Shown: positions 47,812-57,672 of the stretch, in pieces
Position numbering within the stretch: position 1 is the stretch's first letter
Layout of the letters: each line of letters opens with the position of its first letter
IMG/VR virus record: IMGVR_UViG_3300020352_000789
Span: 7,929-71,928 of that record
DNA from: a virus
Lineage: Duplodnaviria; Caudoviricetes
DNA: 64,000 bases
Direction: 5' to 3' (one strand)
Program-made: the position numbers and the translations under genes
The notes under the pieces: model-generated
Seen by the model: the letters and a program-made list of their open reading frames with translations, nothing else
Database searches by the model: none
What the model was told of the DNA's origin: nothing

Positions 47812-48123
47812 TTACTTGCAATTACAAGTATTGCCATTACAAATTGTTCTACTAAAAGTTCTTGAACGAAGAACATTGTCACATCCGTCTGTAACAGTTC
47901 TAGTTCTCGAATATGTGCTGCCTGTCTTATTGGAAGCACAATCTGTAGAACGAATAAAATATCTCCTGCCAAACAAGCCTCTACGAACCCTACAGTTGCT
48001 ACTACTGCAACTACCGCAATCGCTTGAGGATGCTACGACTTCTGGGGTTGGTGCTACTGGTGCTTCACCAGCAAAAGCAGTAACAGCAAAACTTGATAAA
48101 ATAAGTGCTAAAAATAGTCTCAT
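47812..48123 (-). CDS. Secreted Cys/Ser/Arg-rich protein
   Basis: GGAG RBS; signal peptide; DCGSCSSSNCRVRRGLFGRR. Confidence 0.7.
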   Translation of the reverse strand: MRLFLALILSSFAVTAFAGEAPVAPTPEVVASSSDCGSCSSSNCRVRRGLFGRRYFIRSTDCASNKTGSTYSRTRTVTDGCDNVLRSRTFSRTICNGNTCNCK

Positions 48124-48187
48124 ATTTTCTCCATAAAATAAACTAACTAACATGCCATCGTAAAACATATTACGATTTAAAGCAAGA

Positions 48188-48766
48188 TCAATCTAATCGT
48201 CCACTCATCTCTGTCCAAATCATAAGGTCTGCTTGAGCCAGTGTCAAGCCGGGATAATGTGTTTCCATGAGATATTTGCATAGTCCTGCATACTTAGCAT
48301 ATTTTTCTGGAACCTGTGGAGTATTCTTAGGAGCATCTTTTATATCACACTTAACTCTCATCCAGTTGAGAATATGAGTATCAAGAACAACTTCGTCACA
48401 AAATTTCCTAGTATGTAACAAGAAAAATCGTGCAGTCTTTGGCCCAACACCATGAATATCCATCAGATCGTCTCTTGTGCAAGTTCTTAGGTCTAATCTT
48501 GCAGAGAAGAATAAAGCCTTACGTATTCTATCGTACTGTCCCGTCTTATGTGCAGTTAAATAATTGTGTAGTTCCACAAGTTTAAGACTTCGTATAAATT
48601 CAAAGGGAGTCTTATCTCCTCTATTTTTTAATAGCTTCGTAACTAATCTGGAGGTAGTATCACTATTCTTTCCTGCAACAAGAATACAGAATATCCAGAA
48701 AGATTCTAGTTCAACATCTGTACGATTGTAATTAGTAATATCTTTAGGATCAATCAAAGTTTCCAT
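48188..48766 (-). CDS. HhH-family DNA glycosylase-like protein
   Basis: IHGVGPKTARFFL…VVLDTHIL…DL.IW. Confidence 0.75.
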   Translation of the reverse strand: METLIDPKDITNYNRTDVELESFWIFCILVAGKNSDTTSRLVTKLLKNRGDKTPFEFIRSLKLVELHNYLTAHKTGQYDRIRKALFFSARLDLRTCTRDDLMDIHGVGPKTARFFLLHTRKFCDEVVLDTHILNWMRVKCDIKDAPKNTPQVPEKYAKYAGLCKYLMETHYPGLTLAQADLMIWTEMSGRLD

Positions 48767-48793
48767 AATATGTTCTCCAAGAGCGTTTCCTCA

Positions 48794-48821
48794 AGTATAA
48801 CATATTATCGTCTTGTGTCAA
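48794..48821 (-). promoter_or_regulatory. Sigma70-like promoter
   Basis: TTGACA-16-extended TATACT. Confidence 0.75.
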
Positions 48822-48835
48822 TAGCAAACTTTAAT

Positions 48836-49450
48836 TTATTTACTACTGCGTGGATGTCCCTTTGGTAGTAGATCGTTGTCTTGTTTATAACCAGAGTTTG
48901 CCGGTCTGCCTGTTCTTAGCAGTGTAAGAAAAGCATTAACTCTTGCCATAGCCCAACCATCTCGGCTCATTTTAGGAGCATGAGAAGTAGAATAAGCACC
49001 AGCACCTCTTCGATATACTGCCTTTAACATACCTAATGTAGCTTTACTACCTTTACCTTTTTTATTATGTTCGCTAACTTTATTTTTTAATTTTGTAGTA
49101 GTATTTTCATTAAAAGTAACCTTGCCTTTATCATCTTTAGCACTATCAGGCTTATTTTTCTTGCTACCTTTTTTCTGATCTTTTTTAGGCGCAGGAGTTC
49201 TACGAGGGTCTTTTGGCGCTGGCTTATCTGCTTTAGCTTTTTTCTTCTTTAAATATTCTTCATGGGTTTTACCCGGCATGAAAACATTCTTACCATTCTT
49301 ATCTTTATGATTATGCATACCTTCTAATCCCATTTCTTTTGCTCTCTTCATAGCTTCACCGGGATTATCAAAAACATCTTTAGATAGTTCTTCTGCTTTT
49401 CCCTGAGTACAGCGTTCTTTAATTGATTCAAGATATTTATTTGTATGCAT
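48836..49450 (-). CDS. Basic phage protein, possibly head-associated
   Basis: EA..RA..MG..G.H.H…FMPG.THEEY and LKAVYRRGAGAY…WAMARVNAFL modules. Confidence 0.65.
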   Translation of the reverse strand: MHTNKYLESIKERCTQGKAEELSKDVFDNPGEAMKRAKEMGLEGMHNHKDKNGKNVFMPGKTHEEYLKKKKAKADKPAPKDPRRTPAPKKDQKKGSKKNKPDSAKDDKGKVTFNENTTTKLKNKVSEHNKKGKGSKATLGMLKAVYRRGAGAYSTSHAPKMSRDGWAMARVNAFLTLLRTGRPANSGYKQDNDLLPKGHPRSSK

Positions 49451-49491
49451 AATATATGTCTCCTTTATAATAATAAAATTACACCTTTGTA

Positions 49492-49872
49492 TTAATTTTT
49501 TTTACCTTTTAAATCAGCTATATTTTGTGCGATATCCACTAACCTGTCCCAATTTTCATCTATGTATTTTTCTGGCCCACCCATATCAGCCTGTGCTACT
49601 GCTATCTCTTCAGTAGGAACCATCTCAATAGCATCCCAAGGACAGACTTTAACATCATACATCTTGCCCTTATTACCGGGAACATGAATACATTGTTCAC
49701 AACCTATGCAAGTAGATAGATCAATCTCACACCATTGAGTTACTCCCTGTTTTATCTGGAATATACAATCAACAGGACATACTTCTAAACAAGCCTCGCA
49801 ACCAGTACAATTATCTGCTTGAATAATTGCTAATTCTTTAGGAATCTTTTTTCTTGGTTTGTTTTTTGCCAT
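49492..49872 (-). CDS. 4Fe-4S dicluster ferredoxin-like protein
   Basis: CTGCEACLEVCP and CIGCEQC…CPWDAI. Confidence 0.92.
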   Translation of the reverse strand: MAKNKPRKKIPKELAIIQADNCTGCEACLEVCPVDCIFQIKQGVTQWCEIDLSTCIGCEQCIHVPGNKGKMYDVKVCPWDAIEMVPTEEIAVAQADMGGPEKYIDENWDRLVDIAQNIADLKGKKN

Positions 49873-51167
49873 TATGCTATAATATCATGTTGAATATTTC
49901 CAAATACATCAGTCAATCTAAAATCTCTACCGCTATATCTATATGTTAATTTACTATGGTCAATACCCATTAGATGCAATATAGTAGCATGTAAATCGTG
50001 CATGTCCATACTATCTACTGCTTTATGTCCAAAGTCATCAGTAGAACCATATCTCATACCACCTTTAATACCACCTCCCGCCATCCACATAGAAAATCCA
50101 CTATTATTATGATCTCTACCTGTTGCTCCTTCTTTTATACCGGGAGTTCTACCAAACTCACTTCCAAATAATATAATTGTATCTTCAAACAATCCAGAGT
50201 CTTTTAAATCTTGGATCAAAGCTCCGATAGGTTTATCAATAGCAGTTGTATTCTTTTTTAAATTATCATTAATATTCTGGTGCATATCCCAACCACCATG
50301 ACCAATCTCTACAAATCTAACTCCTGCCTCACTAAATTTCTTAGCTAATAAACATTGTTTACCAAACTTAGCAGTAGCTTTATCATTGATACCATACTTC
50401 TGTAAGGTTTCTTGTGATTCTTTAGATATATCAACAGTATTAGGAACACTTGTCTGCATTCTAAAAGCTAACTCATAACTCTCAATCAATCCTTCTAGTC
50501 TACTATTCTCCGCACCATCTTTTAGGTGCATCTGATTAAAGTCTCTTAATAAATCTAAATCTTTTCTTTGTCTGTCTTTAGTTGTAGATGTATTTACAAG
50601 ATTGGGTATAGCACTTTTACTACCAGCATTAATAGCAGTACCTTGATATACTGCCGGTAAGAATGAACTACCATAATTATCTGGCCCAATGTTAGCATCT
50701 ATAGTTATAAACCCCGGTAACTCTTTATTCTCTGTGCCTAATCCATACAATAACCAACTACCCATACTAGGTCTACTGAATTGAAAATTACCAGTATGCA
50801 ATAAACTTCTGGCTTGATTATGATTACCTGTTTTACTCTTCATACCATTCAACAAACATAAATCATCTGCGTGTTTACGCAAGTGTGGGAAGTTCTCGCT
50901 AATTTCTATACCACTATCTCCTGCTGGAGTTAAAGGTACTCCCGGTTTCATAATCTTTCTACCTTTACTTACAGGATCATCTATACCTGCTTTTTCCACC
51001 ATTAAAGGCTTATGATCAAAAGTATCAGTATGAGTCATACCACCATTCATATACATGAATATAACTCTCTTATTACTTTTCAGAGCCTCTTCTGCCATCA
51101 ATCCTTTTAAAGCTAACATACCGAAACCAAAACTACTGGCTTGTAATAAATTTCTTCTATTTAACAT
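49872..51167 (-). CDS. DUF1501 protein (Tat-exported, sulfatase/phosphatase-like fold)
   Basis: MLNRRNLL Tat signal; VIFMYMNGGMTHTDTFD.KP, RPSMGSW..YGLG, GWDMH, EFGRTP, GRDH, DLHATILHLMG. Confidence 0.93.
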   Translation of the reverse strand: MLNRRNLLQASSFGFGMLALKGLMAEEALKSNKRVIFMYMNGGMTHTDTFDHKPLMVEKAGIDDPVSKGRKIMKPGVPLTPAGDSGIEISENFPHLRKHADDLCLLNGMKSKTGNHNQARSLLHTGNFQFSRPSMGSWLLYGLGTENKELPGFITIDANIGPDNYGSSFLPAVYQGTAINAGSKSAIPNLVNTSTTKDRQRKDLDLLRDFNQMHLKDGAENSRLEGLIESYELAFRMQTSVPNTVDISKESQETLQKYGINDKATAKFGKQCLLAKKFSEAGVRFVEIGHGGWDMHQNINDNLKKNTTAIDKPIGALIQDLKDSGLFEDTIILFGSEFGRTPGIKEGATGRDHNNSGFSMWMAGGGIKGGMRYGSTDDFGHKAVDSMDMHDLHATILHLMGIDHSKLTYRYSGRDFRLTDVFGNIQHDIIA

Positions 51168-53517
51168 TACGAAATTCTCCCGTGCAGATTATGATTTGAA
51201 TAAGTTTGGCAAGATCACTGTCTTGTTTAATAAACTCTATAGATTTTTTATTCTCTTGCTCTGTAGGTGGACGACCTAAAAACTTTAAAAATATTTTATT
51301 TATGTTGTTGCGATATAATATATTGGGTATAGTTTTACCCATCTTTTTATTCTGTTCAATTAATACTTTCGCTTCTTCTTGTGCCAATGCTATAATCTTG
51401 GGATTGTTCATCAGGAATAATGCTTGTGTAGATACTGTCGTAACACTTCTCTCAGCATTAAGTAAACTGTTATCTGGTCTATCAAATATATCCAGCACTT
51501 CAATCTTATTATCTCTTAATGATGGTATATAAATTGACCTTGCTCTTGTCTCGCTAATATACTTTCTTAATTCTTTGCTGGAATTTTTTATCCCTGTCTG
51601 AAAATCACTGATGTTCTTATGCGATCCGTCTAGCTTACCTGATACAAATAATAATGAATCCCTAATTTGTTCAGCCTCTAATCTTTTCTCATTCATTCTC
51701 CAGAAATAAACATTGTCAGGATCAATCTCATAATTATGTTTATCAAATTTACTACTACGCTTATACGCATTGCTCATAACAATAGTTTTAATAAGTCTTT
51801 TATTTGATAGCCTACCCGTAATAAACTTAGTAGATAAATAGTTCATAAGTTTAAGATTAGTAGGTTCACCACCAAGTATACCAAAATTATCAAAACTGTC
51901 CAGTATGCCCTTACCGAACAAGTGCATCCATACTCTATTTACATGAACCCTATAAGTTAATGGATTAGTTTTATGTGTTATCCATTCTGCAAACTCATAT
52001 CGTCCACTGGTATTATCAAAGTTAAGATTAGGTCTATCACTAAATATTTCTGGTAATCTTCTTGGTACTTCATCGCCCAGATTATTTACCTCTCCTCTAA
52101 TTGCTAATTTAATTTCTGCCATTTTGTCTTTATCTTTAACAGACATTACAGGCTGTAAATGTTCTAGGTATTTTAAATACTCCTCTGATAACTTAGCCTT
52201 TGCTTCATCTAATCTCTTTTGTCTTTTACCCAATTCTCTATTTAATTGATCCTCTGTTGCCCTTTTGTTCCACGTTTTAATAGACTCTATCTGTGTCTCC
52301 AAGTTTTTAATATCACACAGGAGAAACCACTCCTGTATCTTTCTCTTCTTATATAAATCTTCTGTCTCTTCTGTCAGCAGGTAATCGTAGTCTCCCAAGT
52401 ATCCTGTGTTGTTATTACCTCTGTAAAGACCATCCATGTTTTCTGTATTATTAAATACTCCAGCAACACCATAATAATCCTGTTGAGAAAATGGATCGAA
52501 TTTATGGTCATGACATCTTGCACAACTTAAAGTCATGCCTAAAAAACCTCTAGTAATTGCATCTATCTGATCATCATTACGATCTGCTACGAACTGTTTA
52601 GTTTGTGCCTGTATATTTTTAGTACCTATTGTTAAAAAACCTGTAGCTATTCGGTTGTTATTATATTCTTCATAACTTTTATGTGGCAGTAGATCGCCAG
52701 CGATTTGTTCTTTTATAAATTGATCGTATGGTTTATCCTGATTAAAACTATCTATAACATAATCTCTATATCTCCAAGCATAAGGACTAATTAAATTTCT
52801 ATCTTGTCCAGATGATTCTGCATATCTTGATACATCTAACCAATGTCGTCCCCATTTTTCTCCAAACCCATTATCCTGCAATAAACTATCAACTAACTTC
52901 TCGTATTTATCTTCTGAAGTATCATCTGTGTAGCCTTTTATTTGCTCAATACTTGGTGGTAGACCAATCAAATCAAAATATAATCTACGAACAATAGTAT
53001 AATCATCTGCTACCTCTACTGGTTTTAGTTTATGCTTCTGTATTTCTAAATTTAATATAGCATCTATTTCTGTACCATCATCATACTTAGCTACAGGAGG
53101 TTTAGTAACCTTCTTAAATGCCCAGAAATTTCTAGCCTGTCTTAATTCTATAGCCCTATTCTCAGACTTATATCTTGGGTCAGGCATACCCATTTTAATC
53201 CATTGTCTAAAATTATTAACTACTTCTTCACTCAGGGGATTATCTGGTGGCATATCCCCAGACTCAATATAGTCTAATAATAAACTCTCGTCAATCTTAC
53301 CGGGAACAACTGATGGGCCAGAATCTCCACCATTTAATATACCTTGCCTAGTATCTACAGACAATCCACCCTTAACATCTTTAGAATTAGAAGAATGACA
53401 TGAATAACATTGAGTGGTTAAAACTGGCTTAATGTTTTGTTCAAAAAACTTAATACCATTTTCCTGAGCAAAAACCGATCCAGTTAGTAATATAAAGATA
53501 ATACAAGAAAATCTCAT
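51157..53517 (-). CDS. PSD1/PSD2 (DUF1553/DUF1549) planctomycete cytochrome c protein
   Basis: Signal peptide; FFEQNIKPVL..CYSCH; RRLY.DL.GLPP; WGRHWLD.SRY; CARCHDHKFDP; RV.VNR.W..LFG.G; RLEAEQIRDS; QALFLMN. Confidence 0.95.
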   Translation of the reverse strand: MRFSCIIFILLTGSVFAQENGIKFFEQNIKPVLTTQCYSCHSSNSKDVKGGLSVDTRQGILNGGDSGPSVVPGKIDESLLLDYIESGDMPPDNPLSEEVVNNFRQWIKMGMPDPRYKSENRAIELRQARNFWAFKKVTKPPVAKYDDGTEIDAILNLEIQKHKLKPVEVADDYTIVRRLYFDLIGLPPSIEQIKGYTDDTSEDKYEKLVDSLLQDNGFGEKWGRHWLDVSRYAESSGQDRNLISPYAWRYRDYVIDSFNQDKPYDQFIKEQIAGDLLPHKSYEEYNNNRIATGFLTIGTKNIQAQTKQFVADRNDDQIDAITRGFLGMTLSCARCHDHKFDPFSQQDYYGVAGVFNNTENMDGLYRGNNNTGYLGDYDYLLTEETEDLYKKRKIQEWFLLCDIKNLETQIESIKTWNKRATEDQLNRELGKRQKRLDEAKAKLSEEYLKYLEHLQPVMSVKDKDKMAEIKLAIRGEVNNLGDEVPRRLPEIFSDRPNLNFDNTSGRYEFAEWITHKTNPLTYRVHVNRVWMHLFGKGILDSFDNFGILGGEPTNLKLMNYLSTKFITGRLSNKRLIKTIVMSNAYKRSSKFDKHNYEIDPDNVYFWRMNEKRLEAEQIRDSLLFVSGKLDGSHKNISDFQTGIKNSSKELRKYISETRARSIYIPSLRDNKIEVLDIFDRPDNSLLNAERSVTTVSTQALFLMNNPKIIALAQEEAKVLIEQNKKMGKTIPNILYRNNINKIFLKFLGRPPTEQENKKSIEFIKQDSDLAKLIQIIICTGEFRNVK

Positions 53518-53553
53518 TATACCTCCTAAAATAGTATATTATAATACACCATA

Positions 53554-53667
53554 CTATGTCTTGGTGCTGCCCTTCTTATGTTTAGGAATATATGGACAAT
53601 TTTTACATCTACATCCACAACATTGTTTTCTTGATAATAATAACTCTCTACAGAGTGGTTTTGTCAT
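53554..53667 (-). CDS. 37-aa Cys-rich peptide (DUF5522-like, not in track)
   Basis: LL.RK.CCGC.CKNCPY. Confidence 0.7.
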   Translation of the reverse strand: MTKPLCRELLLSRKQCCGCRCKNCPYIPKHKKGSTKT

Positions 53668-54421
53668 GTTCGATACTTAAAATCTCTTTAGCTATATTTA
53701 AACGAATCTTATCTAAGTTGTCATAGACAATATCTGCATTATTGATATTTAGTATATTATTGTATGTATTATAAATCGCTGTGATTTTTTTTACATTATT
53801 ATGAGAAACGTGATAAGTCTTTATACTTTTGTTATTTATTACAGGGAAATACATCTGACATAAATCGGGTTTTCTGGACATTTTAAAAATATTTTGTTCT
53901 AAACCCTGATCTTTAATTGCTATCAAAAAATCTTGATCATGGAAGTATTCTCTTTTTGTGTTTAGTTTTTCTTTCAAGCACCAATCTGTAATTATATTTT
54001 CTTGAGTTAGTAGAAACTTAATATATTTAATCCAATTATTACCATTACTAGAAGCAAAACATGAACAACATTCATCTCTCCAATGTAATTTACCTACTTT
54101 TGGTTTGAACTGAAAATCTCTGTTGATTAAATCATAGTCTGATATGTAAGAGGGTTCCTGTTTTTCAATAGTTGTAAAAGCAGCTATTTCTAACTGTGCG
54201 GCTAACCAGTAGCTATTTTCTGGCAAAATTTTATCTGATATGTTTTTATGAATCCTTTGGATAAAACTATAATACTTTTCATACAAAGGAGATTTTTGTG
54301 CATCAATCCTAGTTAAAACTACTGGAACAAAACCTTGTCTTGACCAGCTTTTTTTCCATACCTCTATTAGTTCTGTCTGATAATTAAACCCTACATCTTC
54401 ATAATAGGTATATATATTCAT
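53648..54421 (-). CDS. Hypothetical protein, possibly glycosyltransferase-like
   Basis: IYTYY…W..SW…GF.P, SDYD, HDQDF. Confidence 0.55.
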   Translation of the reverse strand: MNIYTYYEDVGFNYQTELIEVWKKSWSRQGFVPVVLTRIDAQKSPLYEKYYSFIQRIHKNISDKILPENSYWLAAQLEIAAFTTIEKQEPSYISDYDLINRDFQFKPKVGKLHWRDECCSCFASSNGNNWIKYIKFLLTQENIITDWCLKEKLNTKREYFHDQDFLIAIKDQGLEQNIFKMSRKPDLCQMYFPVINNKSIKTYHVSHNNVKKITAIYNTYNNILNINNADIVYDNLDKIRLNIAKEILSIEHDKTTL

Positions 54422-54444
54422 ATCTTACTAATAAAATTTATTTT

Positions 54445-54657
54445 CTATTGATTCCACGGTTCGTTACCATTGTCAAAATTTTTACAATTCACTTTTGCTA
54501 TTTTATGTTTATAGCCATAGGGACAATTTTTCGACACCCAATCTTCTGCCTCTTCTTTGGTATCAAGCCAACCATATACAATTTTATCCCAATCCAAACT
54601 ATCCAAGTCTGTTGAATTTGAATTATCGCAATTTATACATATAACAACATACATCAA
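54445..54657 (-). CDS. Hypothetical protein
   Basis: Coupled ORF; YGWLDTKEEAEDWV. Confidence 0.6.
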   Translation of the reverse strand: MMYVVICINCDNSNSTDLDSLDWDKIVYGWLDTKEEAEDWVSKNCPYGYKHKIAKVNCKNFDNGNEPWNQ

Positions 54658-54833
54658 GCATCTGCCAATCTAATTATAGTCCAGTATTTAGTTCCACAAT
54701 GATTATCAACCCATTCTTCTGCTGTGTGTTTATCCTCAAAAGGGCCAAATATTCTATCGTCCCTGTCTCCAATACGAAAGTTTTTTAACTCTACAGAATA
54801 CTTACTCAAATCGCTAGTTACTACAATATACAT
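54654..54833 (-). CDS. 59-aa hypothetical protein (not in track), paralog of 54445
   Basis: MYIVV…FGPFEDKHTAEEWV. Confidence 0.6.
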   Translation of the reverse strand: MYIVVTSDLSKYSVELKNFRIGDRDDRIFGPFEDKHTAEEWVDNHCGTKYWTIIRLADA

Positions 54834-55025
54834 TTAATAAATCTCCATGTACTCTTTCCCACTATTGCACAATTTTTGTACATCGCTAATATATTTTTCA
54901 GCTTCCAATCTGTTATCAAATTCTACTTTTTTGAGTTTTGTTAACTTGCAAGGTAAAAGCAAAGGTTTTTCATTTTTATAGATAACAAACCTAAATTTAT
55001 CTTCTTGTCGTATAGTATATTTCAT
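54834..55025 (-). CDS. Hypothetical protein
   Basis: AGGAGG RBS. Confidence 0.65.
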   Translation of the reverse strand: MKYTIRQEDKFRFVIYKNEKPLLLPCKLTKLKKVEFDNRLEAEKYISDVQKLCNSGKEYMEIY

Positions 55026-55186
55026 ACTATCCTCCTCCTAATTCTCATTAACTATCTTTTTCATTTTCTTTTCTATGCTTTTTATTGTTTTAATAACAGG
55101 AACAGAAAGTTCATAGTCATCTTTATATGCTATAATAGCATCTAAAATTCTCCATGCTTCTTGTTGTGTAATTTCTGTATTCATGT

Positions 55187-55582
55187 CTAAACTCCTGAAG
55201 GAATAGTTATTTGACAGTTATTAGTGAAAATTATACCTTTATTATTAGGTGCTGGTTGAGATTCCTCAAATTTATTCAAATCACTAACCACCCAACCATA
55301 TTTCTTTTTTCCTTCTTTCCGACCAAATTCACTATCTGGTTCTACAAGATGTCTATTAAAATCCTCTTGCCAAGAGCATTGGTCTGGATATTCAAAACAA
55401 TGGCTAAATGTTATTGTTCCTATAATTCTAGCTTTAAAGTTTCCACTTTTACCGGGAGTTTCTATTAAGGCTAATTCTTCACCTTCATATTTTTTAGGCA
55501 TAGGATAACTGCGAGTCTCGACGCACTTATCTCCATCAATTAAAAGAGTAGACCAAGGAGACTGAATATTAATCCCAGTCAT
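55187..55582 (-). CDS. ASCH-domain protein
   Basis: INIQSPWSTLLI.G.K.VETRS, IIG.I.F, YGW. Confidence 0.85.
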   Translation of the reverse strand: MTGINIQSPWSTLLIDGDKCVETRSYPMPKKYEGEELALIETPGKSGNFKARIIGTITFSHCFEYPDQCSWQEDFNRHLVEPDSEFGRKEGKKKYGWVVSDLNKFEESQPAPNNKGIIFTNNCQITIPSGV

Positions 55583-55772
55583 TATTGTATAAATATTCCT
55601 GTAAGGTATTCTTGAGAATGAGTAATTCCATTGTACTCATCGGATGCAAACTGTCAATATATCCCCAAACATTTTCTCCATTTTCTTGCTTGTATGACCT
55701 GAATATTCTAACTGATTTTATGTCCTTGTTTGTGTCGGAATCTTTTATTTCAAATTTTATAGAATCATCCAT
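55569..55772 (-). CDS. Hypothetical protein
   Basis: ATG 55772 preferred. Confidence 0.5.
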   Translation of the reverse strand: MDDSIKFEIKDSDTNKDIKSVRIFRSYKQENGENVWGYIDSLHPMSTMELLILKNTLQEYLYNNDWD

Positions 55773-56220
55773 AATTATCTCATAATATAGGTTAATTGCT
55801 TGTGTTGTTTTATTTACACCTTTGTAGCAATTCAACTCGATTATTATGGGTCTTAATTATAGAAGCCATTTAGGAAATTTATCATATCTTCTCCTACTTT
55901 AAATCTCTAATATTATAAAAACCATCCAAAAAATTGACCATACTATTTATCTGATCAAGAGTATAAGGTTGATACCCTGTACTCTTTTCCAGCTTTTTCA
56001 TAACTTCACTCATATACTCTAATGAGTCCACAATCATAGTTAGATCATGTTTATCTAGTTCTACAAGCATATTAATTGTCCTTCTTTACAACTTCTGTTA
56101 GTAGATTAATAGCACCCTCTAAAAATATCTCTGTAGTCCTTGTGTCCATGTTGTTTTTATCGTTAATTTGATTCTCATAGGAAACAATAAACTTTTCTAT
56201 ATTTTGTCGTAATTCGTCTG

Positions 56221-56442
56221 TCATACTGCCACCTTCTTTTTGCTAAATCTATCCTCCAAATTAAAGACTTCCCACATTTCCTTAGACAATCTATTAATAT
56301 CTTCCATATCATAATCTTTACCCATATCAGGCAAACCTTTTTCTTGGTCTCTTCTCATCATTGCACGTTTTTCCAAAAGGGCATCGTACAACATAAGATA
56401 ATCTTGGTCTGTAATATCAAATAATTCATTAAAGTACTTCAT
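56221..56442 (-). CDS. Hypothetical protein
   Basis: Coupled ORF. Confidence 0.6.
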   Translation of the reverse strand: MKYFNELFDITDQDYLMLYDALLEKRAMMRRDQEKGLPDMGKDYDMEDINRLSKEMWEVFNLEDRFSKKKVAV

Positions 56443-56765
56443 ACTGCCACCTTTCTTCCACTGTATAAATAACCACCATGAGGATCACAAACCTCCAAAA
56501 CCCTATCAAAATTCTCTGCCAGATTATATCTAGCACCTTTTGCTGGAGAGTTCCATGTAGCTGCTTTTAATATATCCAAATTGCTATTATCAACAAAAGC
56601 ATGAACACTACTACTACCGCCAGAGTCTACCCTGATAATCTTAGTATACTTTTTGTTTATCTTAAACCCATACTTGACAGGAGGGTTCTGAGGGTATGCA
56701 CTCTGGAATTTAGACTCCAATATCTCACACCATTCTTCTACAAAATTAATATACTTATTAATCAT
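56439..56765 (-). CDS. Conserved phage protein
   Basis: KKY.KI…SVHAFVD…KAA.W..PAK.ARY pattern; AGGAG RBS. Confidence 0.7.
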   Translation of the reverse strand: MINKYINFVEEWCEILESKFQSAYPQNPPVKYGFKINKKYTKIIRVDSGGSSSVHAFVDNSNLDILKAATWNSPAKGARYNLAENFDRVLEVCDPHGGYLYSGRKVAV

Positions 56766-57288
56766 ATTTTATTTTCTCCTTTTGTCCACTTTCCATTCGC
56801 TGTAAGATGCAATAAAAAACCACGCAGTAGCTAAAATAGCCACAATATGTAATACTCTACCAAATATCTCCATTACTTCTTTCTCTTCTTAGTTTTAATA
56901 CCAAACCCTATACCACTCTTACTATCTCTATAGTATAAATAATCAGGCAGACTATCATCATAATCACCCCTATAACCTTCTCTAAATCCCTGCACAAATG
57001 CCCAGATAAGTGCTAACATAAATAAGGTAGAGAGTATTTCCATTTGATTTCCATTTCATTTGTGGGTAATTAACCCCTGATTACTTCTTGATTAATCTAT
57101 TTTGTGGGAATCCTACCCAATAATGCTCTGTCAATGATATGTAAATTACTAGCTTCTTTGTCTTTTATTTGATTCAAATTGGTATCAATATGAGTATGTA
57201 AAACTTTGCGTAACAGTTTGATTTCGCTTTCGGTAAGAAGTACGCTCTTATACATTATTTCCCCTAATTAATTAACTTTCCTACCAAT

Positions 57289-57317
57289 AGTATACAAGAT
57301 ACCATCACTACTGTCAA
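57289..57317 (-). promoter_or_regulatory. Sigma70-like promoter
   Basis: TTGACA-17-TATACT. Confidence 0.8.
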
Positions 57318-57672
57318 TAGGATTATCGGCACTAGGAACACCATTACTTGAGGCTATTTCAGGATTCTTATTTTTCCTAGAGTTTTTACCTAATTTCACC
57401 TCCGCTGGTCATAATAAGTAGACTTATAATGTTTTTAGCTTAATATTGCCTAAAATTTTGTTCAAAAGGGTTTAAAATGGTTTATGCAGGATTGTAATAG
57501 GTATAATAGGGGCAAATAGAATGATAAAAATGGTCATAATATAATATACTGGTTCTTGTTCCCTGTTCCTATTGGTTCTAGTGCTAATAATGTTAATAAT
57601 AATAGTTTGTATGGTGTAAAAACAAATAACGCGTTTTTTTAGTTCGAATATATTCCTTTGTGGAGAATAACA

